Assembly: GCA_028864975.1 (NCBI GenBank)
Contig: JAGWLG010000014.1
Location: 1 to 64,000 of the forward strand
DNA: 64,000 nt
DNA from: Thermoplasmata archaeon
GTDB lineage: Archaea > Thermoplasmatota > Thermoplasmata > Lutacidiplasmatales > UBA184
Direction of reading: 5' to 3'
Shown here piece by piece: positions 36,910 through 46,724 of the stretch (positions are counted from its first letter, which is position 1; each line of letters starts with the position of its first letter). Both the position numbers and the translations under genes were made by a program. Below the pieces are notes generated by a model that was given only the letters and a program-made list of their open reading frames with translations, was not told the origin of the DNA and did no database searches.

Positions 36910-38175
36910 TCAATTCCCACATCTCTGCAACTTCTGATACACCGTGTCCATCCGAGAGCTCAACTTGCTGAGAGAGTATTCGGTCGCCCGCTGGAGCCCC
37001 CGGTATCGAAGTTGATCGACGTTCGAGACCGCTTCTCGTACACCATTCGCAATCGCGGCGGGGTCGCTAGGGTCTACTAGGAGCGCGGCTCCCCCGGAGC
37101 TTTCGGTTATGGGCGGGATGCCGGAGGCGACGACAGGCAAACCCGCTGCGAACGCCTCTAGCACCGGTAGACCAAAGCCCTCTTCGTGGGAAGGGAAAAG
37201 TAGGACGTCGCACGCGTTATAGATCTCATTCAAGGTTTCGTCAGAGATGTGAGAGAAGCTGATCGCGCCTTCCAGTGGACCGCCGACTCGGACGAGCGCA
37301 TAGGTTCCTCCCAGAGCCCGCATCACTTCAGGAATGACCCTAAGGTTCTTCCGACGAGAATAATTGGATACGGACAACACCAGCCGCTTGTCCTTAGGTA
37401 GTGCGTGCCGCATCCTCAGAGCTTCACGACCTTGCAAGGGTCGGAAGACCGGATCGACGGCGGGTGGCACCACCCAGATTTGCTGGCCATATCCCCATTC
37501 AACAAGCGCCTGTTTGACGTGCTCCGACAGTACGATAGCTGGCGTGTGCCTCGAGTAATCCCGAAGCAAGTGTCGCACTCCCCGTCGATAGTAAGAGGAA
37601 TGAGAATAGAGGTCTGAATCCAGTTCGATCGAGGGATCATCGTAGATCGAGACCACGGCACGCGGCCCTCGGTAAAGAGGCTCGACCGTGGGCGAGCAGT
37701 AGTGGACAATGCCCCCTTCTTCAGCTGTGACACGGGCCATTCGCTCAACACTGCGAAACAAGCGCCTGGCTAGGAGGTGATTGATGAGGAGCTCCCAGGC
37801 TCGAGCCCGCGACTGATACCCGTAGACCACCGTTCCCTCGAAGCGCTTTTCGCGATCTGACCGCTTCGAGACCATGCTCACGATACGCGACCGTTGGCCC
37901 CCGAGGGCGCGATGAACCAGCTGCACGTGCCGTGAAATCGCGGTTGGGAAGGCATAGTTGTTGAGGAGTAGAACCTCGGGCGAAGGCACGGGACGCGTGT
38001 TCTGAGGGTCCTGACCAAGACGTGTCGTAGGAGTGCTCGCTGTAGCAAGTGGAGCGGGGTCGCGTCCGGAGGACGAAGGGCTACCTGACCGGTTTCGCGC
38101 AAGAGGGTTGGTCCCAGACCTGGGCTCGGTCTGGACTTCACACTCCCCTTCGGGATGTGCAGTTGCGCCGCTCAT
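36910..38175 (-). CDS. GT4 glycosyltransferase
   Basis: VVPPAVDPVF, RKNL, YNACDVLLFPSHEEGFGLPVLEAFAAGLPVV. The true start is probably downstream of 38175. Confidence 0.9.
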   Translation of the reverse strand: MSGATAHPEGECEVQTEPRSGTNPLARNRSGSPSSSGRDPAPLATASTPTTRLGQDPQNTRPVPSPEVLLLNNYAFPTAISRHVQLVHRALGGQRSRIVSMVSKRSDREKRFEGTVVYGYQSRARAWELLINHLLARRLFRSVERMARVTAEEGGIVHYCSPTVEPLYRGPRAVVSIYDDPSIELDSDLYSHSSYYRRGVRHLLRDYSRHTPAIVLSEHVKQALVEWGYGQQIWVVPPAVDPVFRPLQGREALRMRHALPKDKRLVLSVSNYSRRKNLRVIPEVMRALGGTYALVRVGGPLEGAISFSHISDETLNEIYNACDVLLFPSHEEGFGLPVLEAFAAGLPVVASGIPPITESSGGAALLVDPSDPAAIANGVREAVSNVDQLRYRGLQRATEYSLSKLSSRMDTVYQKLQRCGN

Positions 38176-38317
38176 AAGGTATGCTCCGACCGAGCAGTTG
38201 GCCCACGGACACCTTCTCTTGACTCATCTCCCATACAAAAAAGGCGCCCCAACCCCCTAGGCCCGTCGAACGCCCCATTGGGGTCTCTCGCGCAGGAATC
38301 CTCAAGCTTGGAGGGTT

Positions 38318-38333
38318 GCGGCCCAAGGGCCGC
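38318..38333 (-). terminator. Small perfect hairpin downstream of the FkbM gene
   Basis: GCGGCC-CAAG-GGCCGC, 15 nt past the stop codon. Confidence 0.3.
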
Positions 38334-38347
38334 TCGGTCGTCGTAGG

Positions 38348-39250
38348 TCATTCAAGCCGTACCGGGGAAAGCTCGCCCCTAGTGGGATGTCGATTCTCGG
38401 CGAGGATCAACCCGACCTCATGGCCCCGGACCTTCCGCACGTGGAACATCTTGATGGAAAACCCCGCAAGGGCGAGCCGGTCCGCTAGTCCCTTCACGCC
38501 GTCGTGATACTCCACGACCAACTGGTCAAACCTGGCGAGCGCTTCGGTAGGCGTACTTTGGAGGATCTCATACTCTCCACCCTCGCAGTCCAACTTGAGG
38601 ATCCCCCCCTGAACACTCAGCTGGGAGGCTAGGTGGTCGAGGGTCACGACAGGTGTCGCGAGGTCGCCGTGATCGGTTATCGCAGATGTGTTGTCAGTGG
38701 CCCTAGCACTGGACGAGACCATCGCGGTACCCTCCTTCGGCCCGCAAAGCGCCCGGCGGAGCTCGATCCTGCCCTCGAGCCCCGAACGGGCCACGTTCTG
38801 ACACGCCGCCTCGAAAGGGATTGGATAGGGCTCGAGGCCAATCGTCTTGAGCGCTCCTCGGCGGGCGAAGTAGATCGTAGAATCTCCGATGCTGGCGCCG
38901 ACGTCAATGACCGTACGCCCCGCCACATCGAGGGCGGCGTACTCAAGGTCATGGAACACCTCGACTGGAGTACCGGAAAGATTGGCCCCGACAAGTTCGA
39001 GCTTGCGGGACCCATCCGCCGGTTTGACGGTCACCGATTTCGTCCGGTCGTCGTAGGGCCAACCCGTAGCTTCGAACATGGCGGCATGCAAGGCTTCAAT
39101 ATGGTCTTGCAGCACGAGCGTTCTTCCGTCCCGGAGAACCGCCTGGATCGGGAATCGCCGAAGCTTGATCCACCAAATCACTCGAAGGTAGTTCCGATAA
39201 GCGGACCGGTAGTACCGGAAGCTCGTCCAGGTCGTGTCGTCGAATATCAT
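38348..39250 (-). CDS. FkbM family methyltransferase
   Basis: EVF..EY..LDV, VIDVGASIGDS, IGLEPYP, LKLDCEGGEY, VEYH. Confidence 0.9.
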   Translation of the reverse strand: MIFDDTTWTSFRYYRSAYRNYLRVIWWIKLRRFPIQAVLRDGRTLVLQDHIEALHAAMFEATGWPYDDRTKSVTVKPADGSRKLELVGANLSGTPVEVFHDLEYAALDVAGRTVIDVGASIGDSTIYFARRGALKTIGLEPYPIPFEAACQNVARSGLEGRIELRRALCGPKEGTAMVSSSARATDNTSAITDHGDLATPVVTLDHLASQLSVQGGILKLDCEGGEYEILQSTPTEALARFDQLVVEYHDGVKGLADRLALAGFSIKMFHVRKVRGHEVGLILAENRHPTRGELSPVRLE

Positions 39251-39569
39251 CGGACCTCTCCTCCCCTATTCATGGTCGGCCACTCGATCGCTCCCGCGCG
39301 AGGGATCCTCCGAGATGGTCCGCGTAAGCTCGTCCCTCGCTTCGGGGGCTTCGACCGCGGGAGCTTGCCGGTCGCTCCACGCTCGAAACTCGAGAACGGG
39401 ACCGGCCCCGAACAGAGGGAGCAAGGCGCGGCGAGGATAGACTAGCGTCCGGCGCTGTGACATGCCATACGTGTTTCATGACGGGACTCCGGGCCCGCTC
39501 AGCCCGGTCGAGAGGTGAGGGGAGCGCAGGGGTGAGACGGGTCGACGCTGTATCGGGCATCTATCACCT

Positions 39570-42044
39570 TCAGGACTGCGATAGAGGCGGTAAGGCTCCC
39601 ACGGGATCCAAGATCAGGTAGTCCAAGGGGTCTACGTACCCTACGGTGCCGCCCACGGTGAGGGTGATCGAGACTGGACCCGATGACAGAGGGAAGGTCA
39701 CCGGCGTTCCATAGTTCGGGCCAGTACTTCCGAAGAGGGCCGCCCCCACCCGGACCCCATTGACGGAGACATTGAGGTACTCCCCGACCTTGTAGGAATA
39801 GCGGTGGAGGTAGAGGGTGTAGTTTCCTTGCGATGGCACCGAAAGGTTGTAAATGATCTGAGACCCGTCAAGGGCACTCCCGCCAGGATAGGTCGAAGCG
39901 ACGGTGTTCGGTACGTGGGGTAGCTCGAAGGCGACAGAGTACGCAAGCCCCGAATACGTGGGGGCCATCTCTGGGCTAGAATAGGAATACGAGACCGCCG
40001 GGATGAAGCCCGGACCGCCTCGCGGAACGTACTCGAAGATGTCAATCGTCGGATTGGAGTACGCAAGCTGGAAGTAGGGGAGGCGAGAGAATACGTCAAT
40101 CTCGGACGCGCTGTACCCCGATTGATAGACGAAGTATCGCATCGAGAAGTTCGTCCAAGCTGTCGTCGCATTGGCCTCGGTCGGGTACTCCATCACTTGA
40201 TTCATCGCGAAGTAGGGATTTCCCCAGTAGAGGGTAGGTGCTTGGTAAGCGATGGCATAGAGGCCGAAACGAGGTCGAGAGAGGAATGAACCAGGAATGA
40301 AGTCCGCCATCGGCTGAAGTGCGGCATTTCCGGCCATCTCGTCCGCGACAACAGTGTCCCCAGGCCGTTCATGCGAGGCCAGCCAGTCGCTCGCTCGCAC
40401 CATGTCCGGCGTGAAAACCGTCTGGCTTCCGACCACGGATGGCTCACGATCCAAGTTCCCACGAACGCCGAGCAACCCGGATCCAATCAGGAGGACGGCA
40501 ACCGCGGAGATGGTCACGACCCGTAGGGCACGACGACGCGTACTCCACTTGAGAAGGTTGGCGAGCATTCCTGCCACCAGCGGGAGCAAGGCGATCCCCA
40601 CGAATTCGTAGAAGCGGCTATAGACGACGCCCAAGAGATTGGTGCCGACGTCGGTGAATGAAAGATAACACGCGAAGACGATGAGCGCCCCCAGCGGGAC
40701 CATGCCAACACTCGACGGGAGGGGCGTTCCTCGGAGCTTGGACCGACCCCAGCGGTAGGTATCGGTAACGAGCGCCATCGCGCCTACCATAAGACCGATC
40801 GCCCCAACGATGGAGATTGTCCCCGTCAGCTCGGGCCAGTTGATCTTGAGCAGGTCGTTCCATCCGAGCGGAGCTCCTCCCGCTAGCGCGGGAGAGGATC
40901 CGCGTGCCTCGGAAGGGAGAAGGTAAGGAGGCAGGAGAACAAGGGTCGGGAGCACACACAGGATCCCTCGGACAAGACTCCACCTTGGTCCACGGAGCAA
41001 GATCGCACGAAGGCCGAAGACCATTAGGGCGCATGCCGCGAAGAGGAAGGTCAACTGGTCCGAGAGCGTTGCGAGAAGTATCGAGGCCGAAAGGAGAGCT
41101 ACTTCGAACCACTGCGGTCCGCTCCCCCGAACAAGGTCCACCAGCAGAACCAATGCGCACACCAGCCCCAAGACGCCGAGGACCGCATCGGGCGAGGTTT
41201 GGAACCAGGTCGTCGCCACGTAATCGTTCGCGAAGATCGCCCCTACGACCCACGAGCTTGAGAGCCAGATGATCGGAAGGGCGTAGTTCACGACACGTTG
41301 CTTAGAGAAGCGGCGCGCGAGCAGGAAGAGTGCGGTCGGGGTCAAGAGGAGTGGGATGGAATAGAGCGCCGCGGCAAAATAGATCGAATTCGTCCCGGTG
41401 CCCGCGGAGAAGAGAGCATAGAGGACCGCGATTCCTGGATTCGAGAAAGCCGTGTTCTCGACGCTCGGTGGGAATTGGGGGAAGATCTGGACGGAGGATG
41501 CCCAGTCTCCGGTCTGCGCGATGAGATTCCCAGTATGCGCGAACTGTGGGGTGTCGTCTCCGATTAGGAGCCCCTTGCTGGCAAGGAGAATTAACGGTGA
41601 GAGGAGTAGAATGACGGAGGCGCCCAGTACGGCTAGGTAGGTGGCTTCCTCACGGAGTCTCGGAAGCCCATTCCGACGAAATCGACGAATGACGGCCGCG
41701 ACGTTTCGCCTAGCCAGCCAGAAGACGAACCCCACCAGGAGAAGCTCGAGGACCGCCGTACCTCCGATAGAGAACATATCGGAGCGCGCGAGCAACCATC
41801 CGAATCCGATCGCTATCGTTAGCCCTAGAAGATTGGAGTAGAGCACCCACTCCAAGAGGCCCACATCCTCTGCTCGGAGGCGTGCTTGAAGCGAGAGGTA
41901 GAGCACCGCTCCGGGTACGAGAATCAACCCTACGTAGGTCCCGACGGCGAGCGCGCCAGGGGCGCCCATGGCGAAGGCTCCGAGACCTGTCGCGCAGACA
42001 AGGAGGATTCCCAAGAGAAGTAGAAGCGCGAGCAGCCGGTCCAT
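39570..42044 (-). CDS. Large multi-pass membrane protein, GT-C-like, with extracellular C-terminal domain (paralog B)
   Basis: More than 10 TM segments, IGDDTP loop motif. Shares PGGSALDGS and GTVGYVD exactly with paralog A. Confidence 0.7.
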   Translation of the reverse strand: MDRLLALLLLLGILLVCATGLGAFAMGAPGALAVGTYVGLILVPGAVLYLSLQARLRAEDVGLLEWVLYSNLLGLTIAIGFGWLLARSDMFSIGGTAVLELLLVGFVFWLARRNVAAVIRRFRRNGLPRLREEATYLAVLGASVILLLSPLILLASKGLLIGDDTPQFAHTGNLIAQTGDWASSVQIFPQFPPSVENTAFSNPGIAVLYALFSAGTGTNSIYFAAALYSIPLLLTPTALFLLARRFSKQRVVNYALPIIWLSSSWVVGAIFANDYVATTWFQTSPDAVLGVLGLVCALVLLVDLVRGSGPQWFEVALLSASILLATLSDQLTFLFAACALMVFGLRAILLRGPRWSLVRGILCVLPTLVLLPPYLLPSEARGSSPALAGGAPLGWNDLLKINWPELTGTISIVGAIGLMVGAMALVTDTYRWGRSKLRGTPLPSSVGMVPLGALIVFACYLSFTDVGTNLLGVVYSRFYEFVGIALLPLVAGMLANLLKWSTRRRALRVVTISAVAVLLIGSGLLGVRGNLDREPSVVGSQTVFTPDMVRASDWLASHERPGDTVVADEMAGNAALQPMADFIPGSFLSRPRFGLYAIAYQAPTLYWGNPYFAMNQVMEYPTEANATTAWTNFSMRYFVYQSGYSASEIDVFSRLPYFQLAYSNPTIDIFEYVPRGGPGFIPAVSYSYSSPEMAPTYSGLAYSVAFELPHVPNTVASTYPGGSALDGSQIIYNLSVPSQGNYTLYLHRYSYKVGEYLNVSVNGVRVGAALFGSTGPNYGTPVTFPLSSGPVSITLTVGGTVGYVDPLDYLILDPVGALPPLSQS

Positions 42045-42349
42045 GTGGTGGCCGCTTCATGCCGTAGCACGGGTATTTACCCATTCGTGAAACTATGGGT
42101 ACGACTCTGGGGGCGCGTCCGAGATGGATTGGTGCATGGCACAGTCAGATACCCCATGCAGAACGGGCAGGCTTTCCCCAGGAGCTTGTTCAATCCATCC
42201 TCTCAACCAGCTCCAGAGCGGCCCGAGTCGCCGATTCGACGATCAAGGGACCCCCCGCTCGGTCGACGCGGATTCTGTCCGCCTCGCTTGAGACCGCAAG
42301 TGAACCGCACGCGCAACTATATCGCGCTCCCTCGCGTGGCTTCCTCAAC

Positions 42350-43477
42350 GTGGCTCAACAAAGGTCAGAGGTAGGGGGAAGGAACGCGACAGGGCCCCTC
42401 GAGTCTCCCGAAGTCGCCCGACGCGAGGGTTCCACGGGCACGCCGGTAATCACGGTGCTCATTACTGCCTACAATCGGATTCCTTTCGTCGCACGCGCGC
42501 TGGAGTCCGCATGCGCTCAGTCGTTAGACCCTGAACTGTTCGAGATTCTCGTGGTCTCAAATCGAAAAGAACACAGCGAAGTGGCGAGGGAGGCTCGAAC
42601 GCGTCACCCCCAGTCGGAGATCTCCGTCGCCCTCATGGAGGATCCCCCTCTCGGCGAGCAGCTGGCCTTGGGTTTCGAGCTTGCGAGGGGGCGCGTCGTT
42701 AGCCTACTGAACGATGACGATGAGTGGCGGCCCCAGAAGCTTGCAAGGGTCGCATCCGCATTCACCAGCAACCCGTCTCTCGCCTACTTCAAGGATGGGA
42801 CGGGCTTCATTGACCACGACGGGCGAGAGCTGAACCACCGCCCCGGTCCCGGAAGTCGAACGAAACGCCGGGTCTCGAGTGGCCTCATCATTGATTCGCG
42901 CGACCCGGGGGCGATCCGCGCAACCTTGCGATGGAATCCCATCGACTTCAATGACAGCTCCATCTCCGTGGCAAGGGATGTCGTGCTCGGAGCACTACCG
43001 GAGATGCGTTCGATCCGGACCAACGAGGATACCTTTCTGTTCTATGTCTGCGCAGTCTCGGGCCGGCCCTTGGAGGTGACCGACGACCCCCTGACGATGT
43101 ATCGTGTGCATGGTGGCGGAATGTCCCAGAGCTCTCGCGGAGACGAGGAGTCATCCTGGCGGAAGCTGATAGCGAACGACGAAGGCAATTCGACCGCGAT
43201 GGAGGTCATCCGCCGTTTCGCGCTCGAGCACCGGCGCGGGGATCTCCTCCCTCTCATCGAACGCGACTGCGAATACTTTCGGCTCGTAGCTCTGACCCGT
43301 CGCCCGGAGATCGGCCGGGCGGACCGTGCGAGGCAGCTCGCCCGCTTCCTCCCTCTCATGTTCAGGTCGCGCGTCCCAGCCGGTCTTCGAGCCACAGGCT
43401 GGGCCACGCTATCGCTGTTGACTCGCCGGGCTGGTCGAATGGGCTACAACGCGGTCCGGAACTTCGAGTCGCGCTAG
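42350..43477 (+). CDS. GT2 glycosyltransferase
   Basis: VLITAYNR, SLLNDDDEW, FNDSSISV, EDTF, YRVH. Start placed at GTG 42350, about 30 nt after a TATAT box at 42318. Confidence 0.85.
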   Translation: MAQQRSEVGGRNATGPLESPEVARREGSTGTPVITVLITAYNRIPFVARALESACAQSLDPELFEILVVSNRKEHSEVAREARTRHPQSEISVALMEDPPLGEQLALGFELARGRVVSLLNDDDEWRPQKLARVASAFTSNPSLAYFKDGTGFIDHDGRELNHRPGPGSRTKRRVSSGLIIDSRDPGAIRATLRWNPIDFNDSSISVARDVVLGALPEMRSIRTNEDTFLFYVCAVSGRPLEVTDDPLTMYRVHGGGMSQSSRGDEESSWRKLIANDEGNSTAMEVIRRFALEHRRGDLLPLIERDCEYFRLVALTRRPEIGRADRARQLARFLPLMFRSRVPAGLRATGWATLSLLTRRAGRMGYNAVRNFESR

Positions 43478-43531
43478 CTTCCGAGCCCTATACAGCCCCG
43501 GTCCGGCCCCCTCCGTACCCATCCTTGTCTC

Positions 43532-44560
43532 TCAGCTCGGTAAAGAGCGGAACCGCGGAGGAAGGCTGGCCCACGAGCCGCTGGACCACGAGGCGTACAT
43601 TGAGCGGATCGCTGCGAGGGTCCGTAGGCCGTCTTCACAACTAGGCCCACGTTCGTCCTTCCCTGTTCGGACCGCCTCAAGGAAGGTATCCATCTCTCTC
43701 TGAAAGGACACCGGCCCTTCGGCGTAGAAGTCCCAGGATGTGCGCCCTCCCCCAGGGGAGTTCAGGTCGAGCGTAGCTACGTTGTGCCGGCTATCCACCA
43801 CAAGGCTCCCCTTGTCCCCCGCGATCTCGAGGAAGAGGTACCCCGAGTAGTCCTGCCAGGACGCTTGAAGGGAGAACCATCTTCCGTCCCTGCGCCGCAA
43901 CGTGCCTATGAAGCAAGTATCCAGCGGGACCCTGCCGTCGGTCGAGATCGGGGTGGGGGAGTACCCAAAAGCGTCGTCGAAGTCGCCCAGGAACGCCCGG
44001 CCGAGGTCGACGATATGGTGGCCCACGTCGACGAGTACCCCTCCCCCAATCTTCTTGGTGTCGTAATAGGAGGCATCGTTCCGGGCGATCGCCTTCTCGA
44101 ATCCGATCCAGCCTCTCCCGTAGGCGGGCGACCCAATAGCCCCCTCCCGAGCGAGCTGGAGGGCCTTGCGGACGTTCCCGAATTCGCGGGCATTCGATCC
44201 CATCCGAAAGAGCTGCCCAGATGCCTTCCAGGCAGCATGGATCCCGTCGGCCTCTTCCAGGGTGTTCGAGAGGGGTTTCTCACAAAAGACGCTCCGGCCT
44301 TTGTTCAGGCTCGGGATGGCGACCTTCCCGTGTTCGTCGTTCGGTGTGGAAATGATCACCGCATCGATGTCGCCCGCGCCGGTCAGGTCTTCAAGGGATC
44401 CTGCGGAGGCGCACCCCTGCTTTTTCGCGAGGTCATTCGCCCGTTCTGTGACCGGGTCGACGACCCCCACGAGGGTCGCGCTCTTTGATGAGGCCACGCT
44501 GCCGGCGCGGCGTGCTCCCATGCGGCCCGCGCCCACTACGACCACCCGAACTCGGTCCAC
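43532..44560 (-). CDS. Gfo/Idh/MocA family oxidoreductase
   Basis: VVGAGRMG, DAVIISTPNDEH, VFCEKPL, GGGVLVDVGHH. Confidence 0.9.
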   Translation of the reverse strand: MDRVRVVVVGAGRMGARRAGSVASSKSATLVGVVDPVTERANDLAKKQGCASAGSLEDLTGAGDIDAVIISTPNDEHGKVAIPSLNKGRSVFCEKPLSNTLEEADGIHAAWKASGQLFRMGSNAREFGNVRKALQLAREGAIGSPAYGRGWIGFEKAIARNDASYYDTKKIGGGVLVDVGHHIVDLGRAFLGDFDDAFGYSPTPISTDGRVPLDTCFIGTLRRRDGRWFSLQASWQDYSGYLFLEIAGDKGSLVVDSRHNVATLDLNSPGGGRTSWDFYAEGPVSFQREMDTFLEAVRTGKDERGPSCEDGLRTLAAIRSMYASWSSGSWASLPPRFRSLPS

Positions 44561-44581
44561 GATTCCTCCGAGGAAGCTACG

Positions 44582-45712
44582 TTACGCGAGGGACTTCCGC
44601 ATCTCCACCAGAGCGTTCACGACCCGGTGGACGTGATCTAGCGTGGTCACATTCCCTGACGGGAGGTTAATGCCCTCCTCTCCCAGACGCTCGGCCACCG
44701 GGAAGCTTCCGGGGCCCCCCAGAGAGGGGTAGGGTGGCTGGAGGTGGATGGGTCGGAAGCTCGATCGAGAGTCGATCTGCTGTTTGCCGAGGGACTCAAC
44801 GACGGCATCCCGGGTCATCCCGAACTTCGCCGCATCGATCCTTGGCGTGTACATCCAGTAGACATTCCTGGCCCAGGGCAGTTCCGGGGGGCGGGTAATC
44901 CCCGGAACGGGGGCCAACAATCGATCATACTCTTGAGCGACCTTGCGGTGGTGCGCGACCAGCTCCTCGCTTCGTTCAAGCTGTGCAAGTCCGACGGCCG
45001 CCTGCAGACTCGTCATTCGGTAATTGTAGCCGATCCCGTTGTGGATGAGGAGCTTGCGTTTCGGGGGGTCATAGCACTGGTTCCGCATCCACTTCATCTT
45101 CTGGTCGAGGGTCGCGTCGTTCGTCGTGACCATTCCGCCTTCGCCGGTCGTGATGATCTTGTTGGAGTAGAGGCTGAACGCACCAATCGTTCCGATGGAC
45201 CCGGTCATCCGAGTGTGGACCTTGGCGCCATGGGACTCGGCGCAATCCTCGACTACAGGGAGGTGGTGACGCTCTGCGACCTCCATGATTCGGTCCATCT
45301 TGGCAGGGTGGCCGTAGAGGTGGACAACCATGATGGCCTTGGTGCGAGGGGTGATCTTCCGCTCTAGGTCATCGGGGTCGAGGTTCCAGGTCTCCTCTTC
45401 CGAGTCTGCCAGGACTGGGGTCGCGCCAAGATAGTGAACGACATTGGCGCAGGCCAGCATCGTGAGAGTAGGGAGGATCACCTCGTCTCCCGCCCCGACC
45501 CCTACCGCGGCGAGGGCAAGATGAAGTGCAGCGGTCCCGCTAGACAAGGCCGCCGCGTGCTTGGTGCCAATGTACTCCGCGAACCCCTTCTCGAAGTTGG
45601 TGACGAACTTGCCTTGTGATGAGATCCAGCCGGAGCGAAGGCATTCGAGAAGATATCGTTCTTCGTTACCTTTCAGGTCTGGCTCTGCGATAGGGATCAT
45701 GCCCGCGCTCAT
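44582..45712 (-). CDS. DegT/DnrJ/EryC1/StrS nucleotide-sugar aminotransferase (perosamine synthase-like)
   Basis: SSGTAALHLAL, VHLYGHP, EDCAESHG, SLYSNKIITTGEGG, GYNYRMTSLQAAVGLAQL. Confidence 0.93.
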   Translation of the reverse strand: MSAGMIPIAEPDLKGNEERYLLECLRSGWISSQGKFVTNFEKGFAEYIGTKHAAALSSGTAALHLALAAVGVGAGDEVILPTLTMLACANVVHYLGATPVLADSEEETWNLDPDDLERKITPRTKAIMVVHLYGHPAKMDRIMEVAERHHLPVVEDCAESHGAKVHTRMTGSIGTIGAFSLYSNKIITTGEGGMVTTNDATLDQKMKWMRNQCYDPPKRKLLIHNGIGYNYRMTSLQAAVGLAQLERSEELVAHHRKVAQEYDRLLAPVPGITRPPELPWARNVYWMYTPRIDAAKFGMTRDAVVESLGKQQIDSRSSFRPIHLQPPYPSLGGPGSFPVAERLGEEGINLPSGNVTTLDHVHRVVNALVEMRKSLA

Positions 45713-45845
45713 GAGCGAGGTCCACCGAAAAGTGCGCGGCCTCGAGAAGGTATAATCCTTTCACCGAACGGGCAACCGGTAGCGAGACCCGCTTGCCGGT
45801 CCAGTTTCGGGGCACGCCTATCCCCGCCGCCGTGAAGGTGGTCAC

Positions 45846-46691
45846 CTATGAGGTCCGTTCAGAAGCTATGGGGCTCCCTTCGACCGGGTCCTCACTGGCC
45901 TCGTCCTCGTCCTTCGGTCGATCCAACGTTCGCGCGCTCCTTCCGAACCTCCCCTCCCTCTGCTGCTTCTCCCCTTCGAGTATTCGCCGCAAGGGACCAA
46001 GAGCGCGAGGCTCCTCACGCGACATCATGAGCATCAGGCCGATGAACAACACCGCGAGACCTGCGTATCCCAGGTAGGCATCGCCGACGAAGATCGGGCT
46101 CAGGGCGAGGAGGCCGAGCGCTTCCCCTGCCATCACTCGCAGCGGGGGTAGCCAAGAGAAACGACTGCACATCGCACGGCCGAACCGGAGACCCGCCCAG
46201 GCCTCGAGCAGGACTAGGTCTACTGAGAAGCCGAGCAGGATCGGGATAGCCTGAAGCGGAGGGTGCGGGACGTCCAGTTGCCAGATCGAGAACCCTAGGG
46301 CGGTTCCGGCGCCGCTCATGGTGCCGTAAGCGAAGGTGTGAATGGTGACCTGAGGGTCCTTCTTCGAGCTCCCGCCGAAGGTCTTGATCCGGACAAGGAC
46401 CCTTCGGAGCAAAGCGGCGATGAAGAGGAACAGCAGAAGGTAGAGCGAAGGTCCCGATATGTCGCCGCTTCTCGATGCACTGCTCAGCGCAGCGAAGTAC
46501 GCGACAAGGACGAGTGCTAGCACGATCCCCAACGGGATTCCGATAGGGACGAGCAGGAAGACCTTACGATCATCGAACAGGTTCTTGGGGACCCGTGGGG
46601 CTGCGTACCGGTCGAGGACCACGAAGAGGACCGCTCCAGCAGGGAGCAGGGCCATGGCCGCAGCGGCGGTGAAGAGGAATGTAGCTGGCAT
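45846..46691 (-). CDS. Multi-pass membrane protein, PrsW-like topology without catalytic glutamates
   Basis: TM pattern with DRY..P..FDDRKVF and TFAYGTMSGAG. No EExxK motif. Confidence 0.45.
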   Translation of the reverse strand: MPATFLFTAAAAMALLPAGAVLFVVLDRYAAPRVPKNLFDDRKVFLLVPIGIPLGIVLALVLVAYFAALSSASRSGDISGPSLYLLLFLFIAALLRRVLVRIKTFGGSSKKDPQVTIHTFAYGTMSGAGTALGFSIWQLDVPHPPLQAIPILLGFSVDLVLLEAWAGLRFGRAMCSRFSWLPPLRVMAGEALGLLALSPIFVGDAYLGYAGLAVLFIGLMLMMSREEPRALGPLRRILEGEKQQREGRFGRSARTLDRPKDEDEASEDPVEGSPIASERTS

Positions 46692-46724
46692 TTCCCGAAA
46701 ACCGTCGACCCTAGCTCGACCAGC

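Larger units (their letters stand above)
26985..45712. other. Lower-GC surface-glycan biosynthesis/modification island, part 1
   Basis: Visible drop in GC and GC3 (33481-33540 has 20 G+C of 60, versus 44 of 60 at 7021-7080 in ileS), longer intergenic gaps, mixed gene orientations, and GT/MTase/acyltransferase content. No integrase or att site seen. Confidence 0.65.

Noticed and set aside
39251-39463. 65-aa ORF ending in TAG in frame with the FkbM gene (possible amber read-through / pyrrolysine)
   Set aside because: A purine-rich RBS-like tract (GGGGAGGAGAGG) lies between the TAG and the FkbM ATG, the upstream peptide has no FkbM-like features, and no pyl genes are seen.
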